A stretch of 64,000 bases of DNA, from positions 398 to 64,397 of the forward strand of contig ADNK01001858.1 in NCBI GenBank assembly GCA_000320545.1, read 5' to 3'. This document shows positions 56,378 through 64,000 of the stretch, one piece after another. Origin of the DNA: Bigelowiella natans CCMP2755. Its lineage: Eukaryota; Protista; Cercozoa. Under the pieces are notes generated by a model that saw nothing but the letters and a program-made list of their open reading frames with translations, ran no database searches and was not told the DNA's origin. The translations under genes and the position numbers were made by a program. Every line of letters starts with the position of its first letter. Position 1 is the first letter of the stretch.

Positions 56378-56598
56378 GGGGATGTCCACACCTGTTGAGG
56401 AATGCACGATTGCAGAATGCAATATTGAAGGCCTTCTCTAACATGCGACATGATGCATTTCAAGTCGTACCACAACAGCAACAAAATAGTTCTTCCAATT
56501 TCGCATGGGATATTATACAAGCGACATGGTTTTTTGTTAATTCTGTGGGCAGATACAGGTGTCTCGCAGGTTTGGTGCGGTAGGCCTACACACCTGAG

Positions 56599-57680
56599 AT
56601 GGCATACATGATGGCACGAAGGATGTGCGCGCGAGCGGCGCTCGCCGTAAACCAAGGTCCCCGCCGATTTTTCAATTTTAGCTTTTTGAGAATTAAGAGC
56701 GAGGAAAATGTTGAGTTGGGCTGTGGGGTTGGACGCGAACAACTCAATACAACACGTATCAAAACAGTAAATGGAGCTGCCAGACCGTGCTTTTCTCGCC
56801 CAGTCGTCGCCTTTACTCCAAAGGTCGATCACTTCAGTAATAGTATACTACGGCGCTCTCTGAGTACCAGTTCATCGGCAGAAGCGAAGCACACAGCATT
56901 CAAGGTTGTGCACATAAAGTTGAACATTCGTGTTCCGACTGAATTTTAAACGTACAAGAATCATTCCAGAACTCTTTTTCTCAACGTTCCCATGGCTGTA
57001 CTCTTCCTTATTTGTAGATCCAAAGAACTCGAAGTGGTAACTTACCGGTGTACCTCGACTATCGTAAGGGCAGGACAATGTGAGTATTGATGATCCGTCA
57101 AATAATCCATAATACCTCTACGTTACATATTTGTATGACAAAGGATGAATATTTCAGGTGTATAACAATAGTGAGGCGAGTCAAAGGAAACCATAATGTA
57201 CGGAGGCAATGAAGCATGTTCATCAATGCCAACCTTCGTGGCATATTCTGACGATTACGAAACTTTTGATCATCGTTTCGCACCCTCCCACAAACCTTCT
57301 CGATAAGCTACATATGCGGCAAATATGCAATTGTTGTTTGGCAAGATATTTTGAGATGTTTGAATGTAGATTGATGAAGTAACCAACGTCTATAAACTAT
57401 ATATGCTTGCTTTGGCTTATACTTTTGTTCCCCATCCCTTTGTCGATGTAAGGTCTTGGCTTCTGAATTACAGAGGCTTGTTGGGCACCAACACGCTGTC
57501 AAAGTATGTTGTTTACTATTGTTTTAGCTTGCAATCGATCAGTAGAGTAAGCTTAACGATGCTATTGGAATGTTTCAGGTGAAGGAGGGCAGCATTGAAA
57601 TAGTCGGAGACCATAAGAAAGAAGTATCCGAAGCGTTGGAGCAATGGGGAGCTGTTCAAGCTACAATCTACAGTAGCTGA
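56599..57680 (+). CDS. MRPL49: Mitochondrial large-subunit ribosomal protein mL49 / Img2
   Basis: Arg-rich mitochondrial presequence MAYMMARRMCARAALA...RRSLST. Spliced core IQRTRSGNLPVYLDYRKGRT-MCITIVRRVKGN-VLASELQRL..-VKEGSIEIVGDHKKEVSEALEQWG carries the Img2 signature RT.SGNLPVY. Confidence 0.88.
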
Positions 57681-57833
57681 AACAAAATGTAGCAATTTTT
57701 TAGCATGCACTAAGCAAATTAGGCTTGTTTTAATCATTCACTTGTAACATGCTGGATGCCAGTGCATTCGACCTGTACATTGCACACATGCATTTGCAAA
57801 CATGCAAGCATGCAAATGTGCACACGCAGCAAA

Positions 57834-57878
<45 letters not shown>

Positions 57879-57897
57879 ACATACATCTGGACATCTA

Positions 57898-57906
57898 GAC
57901 ATGTGT

Positions 57907-57950
<44 letters not shown>

Positions 57951-58388
57951 ATTTTGAGGCACACGCAAAATCGTCAACCAGCTCATTGCAACGTGTTGTG
58001 TGCGCCGCGAGTCAGAAATTCAGCTTGATGACGTGTTGATTGTGCACTGCATGCGGGAGCCATCTTCATCATCATGATCGAGAGAGGAATTGACAAGTGA
58101 CGATGTGCACGTGTTGCACGGAACGATGAGGATCGTTTGCACGATCATCGAAATTGATCACACAAGCCGTTGAAGCTGACCAGCTGAGCTCCGTCCACCC
58201 AAGTGTGCGTGTGGACACATCAACACAGTGATGATGCAATGCGTGCAATGTGCAAGACGGATGCAATGAATCAAATCAAGTTTGTTCAATGGTGTGATGC
58301 AAGTATAAGTTCTGTCTGGTCTGGTGGTGTTGAACCACGTGCGTCACAGTCCACGATGCCGTCTCTGTGTCCATCAAGCAGTGACGCA

Positions 58389-58431
<43 letters not shown>

Positions 58432-59160
58432 GTGTGCATGTGTGTGCTGTGAACGTGCATCAAAGAGCCAGTGAACAATGTGCATTTCCAGACTTGTTGC
58501 CAACCTGGATGGCCAGGTGGGGCAAGCTAGCAAGCTTGACGAGCCAGCGAGTCCCATTGCAGGCATCGTCCCCGCAGCTCTCTTTTCAACACTTTGCAAT
58601 TCTGTCGTGCTCCACTTTCAGTCGTTTTGCTGCTCTCCGTGTCCTGAGAAACGTTCGCACTTGCAAGAGTTTTTCGGACACCCTTCCCTTTTTGCTGGTC
58701 TCCACCTGAGGGTTCAGCAGAACAATGAACAATGAACGAAGCATTGATGCAAAAACTGCATGAGCAAGAACCACATGGAAGAAATGCACAAACATGTAGC
58801 AGAATGCAGGCTAGATGTGACCAGGGTCACCATCATTTCCTGTTCCATTTCTTTTTTTGTGTTCTCTTCGCCCCCCCCCCCTCTCGTGGATTGTTCAACC
58901 TCGACCTCTCATTGCACTTGGCGTTTTTGCAATCCGACATTTTCGAAGCCTCGTCGTTTAGTCGGAGCGCCAAGCACAGAGTGGAAAACAACAACAACAA
59001 TTTGACAGCTCCTATCAAAAACGACGGGAGACAAAAGAAAAGCTTGACAGCTTGACGTGACGCTCGGAAAAATGCGCGCACCGAGACACCGGACAACGAC
59101 AATCTGGGCTCTGCTATGATTGTGAGCGACAACCTTCGAACCAAGTCGTCATGTCACAGA
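57898..59160. other. TpA-depleted, TpG/CpA-rich block (possibly a hypermutated relic)
   Basis: Manual count of 8 TpA in 57961-59160, with none in ~57898-58303. Lines of the neighbouring MRPL49 gene carry several TpA per 60 bp. Confidence 0.88.
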
Positions 59161-59349
59161 TCATCAGTGTTGTTTGCGTCTTGTCCCGCTCCGGTTTTTT
59201 TTATTTCAAATTGCGAACATTTCCAGGAATTTCACGAGTTCTAGTGAATCCCCTACCAGCAGACAGCAAAAGAATTGTTAACTCCATTTCATGTAACAGA
59301 GGCAGAGGGTCTAAGAATGTACGAGCAAGCATGGCTGTTGCTGTTCTCA

Positions 59350-60433
59350 GGTTCAAAACGAAAGAAGAGAAATTCTTCCTCTTACGTTCCAATCTAGATG
59401 CGAACATTTTCAGTTTCTGGGGGCGTACAAAGTGGAATAGCATTGAGATTGTGTATGAATCCAAACAGCGTCTTTGCTCGGAGGAATTTACAAATGTGAG
59501 GGCTATGCTCCCATTGCCCGCTTCAAGCATTCAAGCATCAAACCCTATTGTACTCAGAATCATGGCCCTCGCATCGATGTTGCTGGCGATTGAGCTGCAA
59601 CTAACATTCTTCAAAGCCGGTTGGAGGGCTGTTCTTGCCTTTTCGGCGTCTTTTTATGTGAGTTTGAACGGGCACGATTTGTTCAAATATTAAGATGCTA
59701 TTAAATAATTACTGAAGGTACTACTGGACATTGGGCTACTATTTACTCATCACCTGATGAAGGTTCCATCACATTGTTTGCACAATCTACAGTTTGAAGA
59801 TCATCACCAAAAATCTTTTGATAGTTTGTATAGGCTACTATGAATAAACAACCAACTGGAACGTTTTGGGAGCATGAAAAAGGGAAGATCGTTTTCCTTA
59901 CTCTGATCCATGTACCTAGTACAATTTGCATACTAATTTTCGACAAAGCTTGGATCTCATTGATGAGGATCACAGGATCTACAATTTTGTTATTTTATTT
60001 AGCATCTGAAATCTCATCAATCATAATACCATCTTCAATGAATCCACTAAGCATACCACATGAGAGGAAAACATGTGCAGTCTCTTGTGCAATCAAGAGG
60101 TCAACTGGGAAGGAGAGACAGGCAGAGACATTGAATTCAAGAAGACGACGGAGTCAGAATGTAGCACTTTCTAAAAATAGAGGCTTGCTCGATGCAGGTT
60201 TTGTTGTATCGCTTCTTTGTTTCTTTCGAATCATTTTGATCGGGCTTTTTGCAATGGTCACAGCAAAGGGGGGTCTTGAGGCCAGCATGTGTGCCTGGCT
60301 AGCTAGCACTTTGCATCCAGCTACTGCATTTCGATTTGGGGAACGCATGCATTGCAAATGCATCATGCCATCTAGCTTGCTAGTCATGCTAGCTTGGCGG
60401 AATGCACCACTGTCAAGATGTGCAAAACTATGA
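59350..60433 (+). CDS. Hypothetical membrane protein or pseudogene fragment
   Basis: Splice-site-flanked segments IMALASMLLAIELQLTFFKAGWRAVLAFSASFY|VLLDIGLLFTHHLMK|ATMNKQPTGTFWEHEKGKIVFLTLIH, lying between two TpA-depleted blocks. Confidence 0.3.
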
Positions 60434-60540
60434 AACACAACGTTTGTCTTCATGCAGTTTTGCACATTTGAATTGCCAGGATTTGTTCGATCCAAATGTT
60501 TAGACACCTCGCTGCTGATTGAGGATTGAGCTCTCTCTCT

Positions 60541-61080
60541 GTTCATTAGCACCAAGCTGCAAAGGTGGCGTTTCGCCAGAACGATTGACGTTCACATGTC
60601 ATCGGCGCTGCATCACACACAATCACGATGTCTGTGAGTGACTTGAGCGCCACAACTGCCAGACTGGGCCATGCTGATGTTCAGCAACACTCTGCATGCA
60701 AGCCACCAAATCAGCGTCGCCTTTTTCCTCAACTCCCAGATTGCAAGGAGGAAAAAGTTGAACCCGTGGTGGTTGCTACGATCAGTCGAACTTTCATCGG
60801 ACACTGCCAACAAACTCGGAACAGGCGTGCTTTGCGAAAATTGTCTGGAAATCATTGAGATGACACAGATGACACACAATCTTCCTAGCCAGTTCTAGCG
60901 CCAAAAATAGCTGTGGTTACACTGTGCACTCGCTGTGTTCACACCAAAGAAGAAGAAGAAGAAGAAGAAGAAGAAGAAGAAGCACAGAGGTGTGCACAGG
61001 GGACAGGTGCTTTTGTGATCAGTTCGGCGCGACGACGATGGCAGATGACGACAGCGACTTGACTTTGCGACAAAGATTTG
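60541..61080. other. TpA-depleted block
   Basis: Manual count of 6 TpA in 540 bp, 5 of them in CTA/TAG context. Confidence 0.75.
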
Positions 61081-61426
61081 GCAAAGTTGTGGTGGATTAT
61101 GCCCCTGCGACAACCAACAACGTGATGCTACTACGACAAACACAAGGCTCTATTGGACTCATGACAACTTCGACTTCTTGTGGTTGAGGGACACAGTGCA
61201 TTGGCTTGAAGTTTCTGCTGCGACAGCATGTTTGGTGTTGTCGCAATACAAAAATGTACTAGAAATAGAGGAGGGCTTCGATACGTCGTCTGTTTCGTTT
61301 CAAAAGAAAAGAGAATCGTTCGCCTTCCGCGTCCAGGTGGCGCTCATGCATGCGTGTTTGTGTGTTTGTGTTTGTGTTTGTGTGTGTGTTGTGTGTATGT
61401 GTGCGTGCGTGCGTGATAAGTCATAA

Positions 61427-62041
61427 TTATGCCTGCTTTTGTCTATCCTCTATCCCCGATAGGCTATTTTCCCTCCTTGACATCATCAAATCCCTTCCGA
61501 TACCGATAGAGAACGCACATCTTTTGAGAACCATCGGGACAAATATGCGCATAGCTTCGGCTTCGGCTTGGGCCTCAATCCTTGTCATAGGAGTTGCAGC
61601 CTCCCGTACATGCCGTAGAATTTTTCGCCATAAAAATAATTTTGTTTCTGCGTTACGAGCGAGACATCGCAGGAATGGATTGGTAACATATTCGGCGTCG
61701 GTGGGCAACAAGATTAAGGTGCGAGTTGTACCTGAATATTATGGATTGCAGTAGTTGTCGCAACAACATCCATTGTATTAGTTTTTGTCGTGGTTAGTAG
61801 CAGTAATAGCAGCAAGAGTATACACGTCCGTCTTTACGAGTTTTCGATGATGCAAAGATAGGCCTTTCATTACTATTATTGCCCCTTCTAAGCTCTGAAT
61901 TTATTTTTTATAGGTGGAGGATTTTGGGCTGCACGGAAGGGGTAGAGAACACGTGCAGATCGAGCTCCTTCCCGGTAAACTTGGATTTGGATATTTGTTA
62001 TTCTTATCGTAGGTGTTTATGGGTTATAACCAGCAGCTACT

Positions 62042-62074
<33 letters not shown>

Positions 62075-63773
62075 TTCATCATTATATGTAGAGCCCCTCT
62101 TCCTCCCCCTCATCATAACTCCTACCACCCTTACCCTCGTTCCTCGTGCTATCAATTTTGCTCCTTGACTTCTTTCTAAATGATGACAGCGTACGGCCGA
62201 AAGCAACATCCTGAGACCGAGGTTGAGAAGCACATTGATGATATGTGGAGGTAGTTCCAAAGCCCTTTCAAGGGGAATTAATAAGTAGCCAGCACAATGG
62301 TTGTGGCGACAGACAGTAGTAGCAGCAGCAGCAGAAGATATTTGGAATGTTATAGTAGTAGAGGTAAAGAGAGGTAGGAGAAGGAGAGGGGAAAAGGAGT
62401 GACTTGTCCCCAACCTCTTCAAATTGTAGTTAGCAGTCTATGCAATTTGGCATGCCCTCTTACGAATCATTCCCTTTCTCTTCCTCCTCCCTCTCCTCCT
62501 CCTCCTCCTCCTCCTCCTCCTCCTCCTCCTCCTCCTCCTCCTCCTGACTCTGGTTGCTTCTTGCCTGGCAGTGAACGGATGGCTGCAAACCCCAGACTGT
62601 TCAATGGGACAAAGTTCCGATATGGGAGCTCCGGTAATTGAGAATAATCACAAGCAGCAATAAAACGAACAAAAGAACCTCAAGAGGAGGAATCTTGCCA
62701 TTCCACGCGGCTACACACCTGCTGCATTTCGTTGCTATTCTCTGTAGCAGAGAATCGTAGATCCACAAATTCGTCGTATCTAAACAAATCTCATGTGCAC
62801 GCGGAAATATCAGTTCAGATGTAGTATATACTGGTAGTTAGTAGCTGTGTATTGCTCTCAACTGCAGCAGCAAGTATTGCATCTATATGCTATTTGACCA
62901 TCACTGTTATCGATATCATCATTATCATCATCATCCTTCGGATTGCTCTCATTTACTCTTGATATGACAACTGGGTAGAGGTTCTCACACCAAGCTCGTC
63001 ATCTGCATCCTCCTCCTCCTCTACTTCCTCCTCATCATCAAAGAAGAAAAAGATAATACCCCCCCTCAAATTGAAGCTTTGGTTTACAGATTACAGGTCA
63101 TCATCATACGACAACAACATATTAACACAAGTTTGTCATCATCATCTTAGTCATCATCATCATCATCGTCGTCGTCACCATCACCCTCTATCTCGTCCTC
63201 ATAATAGAACATATCTTGGAGCCGATCTTGGCCGCTACATCGACTCTCTCGTAAGCCGTTAACACGCCTACGCCTTAGCATTGGATTGAAATTCATGTAT
63301 CTGATTTCGGATGGATATACTTGCTTCTTCTTCGTATTCTTCATCGTCAATGTCATCAGGTGAGCTATGGTGACTCGAATCATGGTTCAAAGCATGCATT
63401 ACTTTCAAGGAAATTAGGAGTATCATGCCTCTTGCTCACAGGATCATCATCATCATCATCATCATCATTATCATCATCATCATCATCATCGTCGTCACTA
63501 CCATCGTCATCATCGGATATCGTCCTCATCAAAAGATCCCATCACGTCGCAGTGGTAGTATCATATATTTGCAATATTTTTCTCCTTTTTTCTTTTCTTC
63601 TTCCCTTTCATAAGTGTGCTCATTTTGGCATCTGCTCGACATTCGCTGCCTCCTCCTCCTCCTCCTCCTCCTCCCCCCTCCCCCCTTCCTCGAGTAGGAC
63701 CCTGGGATGGTTGATTGCCCAGGTGACCATAACTGAATCACCTAAAACAAAGAGAATCGATCAGCACGAAACC

Positions 63774-63809
<36 letters not shown>

Positions 63810-64000
63810 GCACAAATTTAGTCGTTGTTCTGTCGGTAACTGCTAGTGCTGCTGATGTAGCTCTTCGTCCTTGTCATCATTGAAAAGACTTGTAGGATGA
63901 ATGCAGAGGAAGTGATGGTGTATACTTATTACATGCATGCAGGTGGACATCCCGAGCCATCATCCATTGGACTACATCCCAACTTAGAGAAAGGTGTGAC
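61427..64000 (-). CDS. Hypothetical multi-exon protein, 5'-truncated by window end
   Basis: Exon-like segments NLWIYDSLLQRIATKC, ALELPPHIINVLLNLGLRMLLSAV..GTR|gtaagg, and a terminal exon LLPTDAEYVTNPFLRCLARNAETKLFLWRKILRHVRE...*, separated by microsatellite introns. Confidence 0.4.

Noticed and set aside
57898-61200. TpA-poor blocks as identifiable mobile elements
   Set aside because: I saw no terminal repeats, target-site duplications, or transposase/RT motifs. A TE origin remains possible but is unsupported.
61350-61975. Plus-strand exons overlapping the minus-strand gene (possible antisense overlap)
   Set aside because: Both strands offer open frames and splice-like sites. The minus-strand reading looks more protein-like, and this cannot be resolved without RNA data.
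1-64000. tRNA, rRNA, snRNA genes, telomeric repeats, CRISPR arrays and prokaryotic operons
   Set aside because: I noticed no diagnostic motifs by eye. A covariance-model scan (tRNAscan-SE, Infernal/Rfam) is needed to exclude small RNAs.

Overview
Gene-dense, intron-rich eukaryotic nuclear DNA with about 16 spliced protein genes and many intronic microsatellites. A signal-peptide plus transit-peptide-like leader on a cyanobacterial-type DUF3067 protein points to an alga with a secondary plastid; a chlorarachniophyte is my inference. Genes I could assemble by hand across GT-AG introns: the 3' end of an HBS1/eRF3-like GTPase, a 2OG-Fe(II) oxygenase, a degenerate aldo-keto-reductase-fold protein, a paraoxonase-family hydrolase, an MLO-like multi-pass membrane protein fused to two EF-hands, a very-long-chain 3-oxoacyl-CoA reductase-type SDR, a plastid-targeted DUF3067 protein, a C2H2 zinc-finger protein, a peptidase E (S51) and mitochondrial ribosomal protein mL49/Img2, plus several hypothetical proteins. 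Most short ORFs in the supplied track are microsatellite or antisense artefacts. I saw no rRNA, tRNA, CRISPR array or intact transposon. The most unusual signal is non-genic. Blocks at about 39.0-39.7, 57.9-59.2 and 60.5-61.1 kb are almost free of TpA, rich in TpG/CpA and keep CpG, and the few surviving TpAs sit mostly in CTA/TAG context. This fits a region-targeted TpA->TpG/CpA hypermutation process, the mirror image of fungal RIP. All exon boundaries and counts are manual and approximate.
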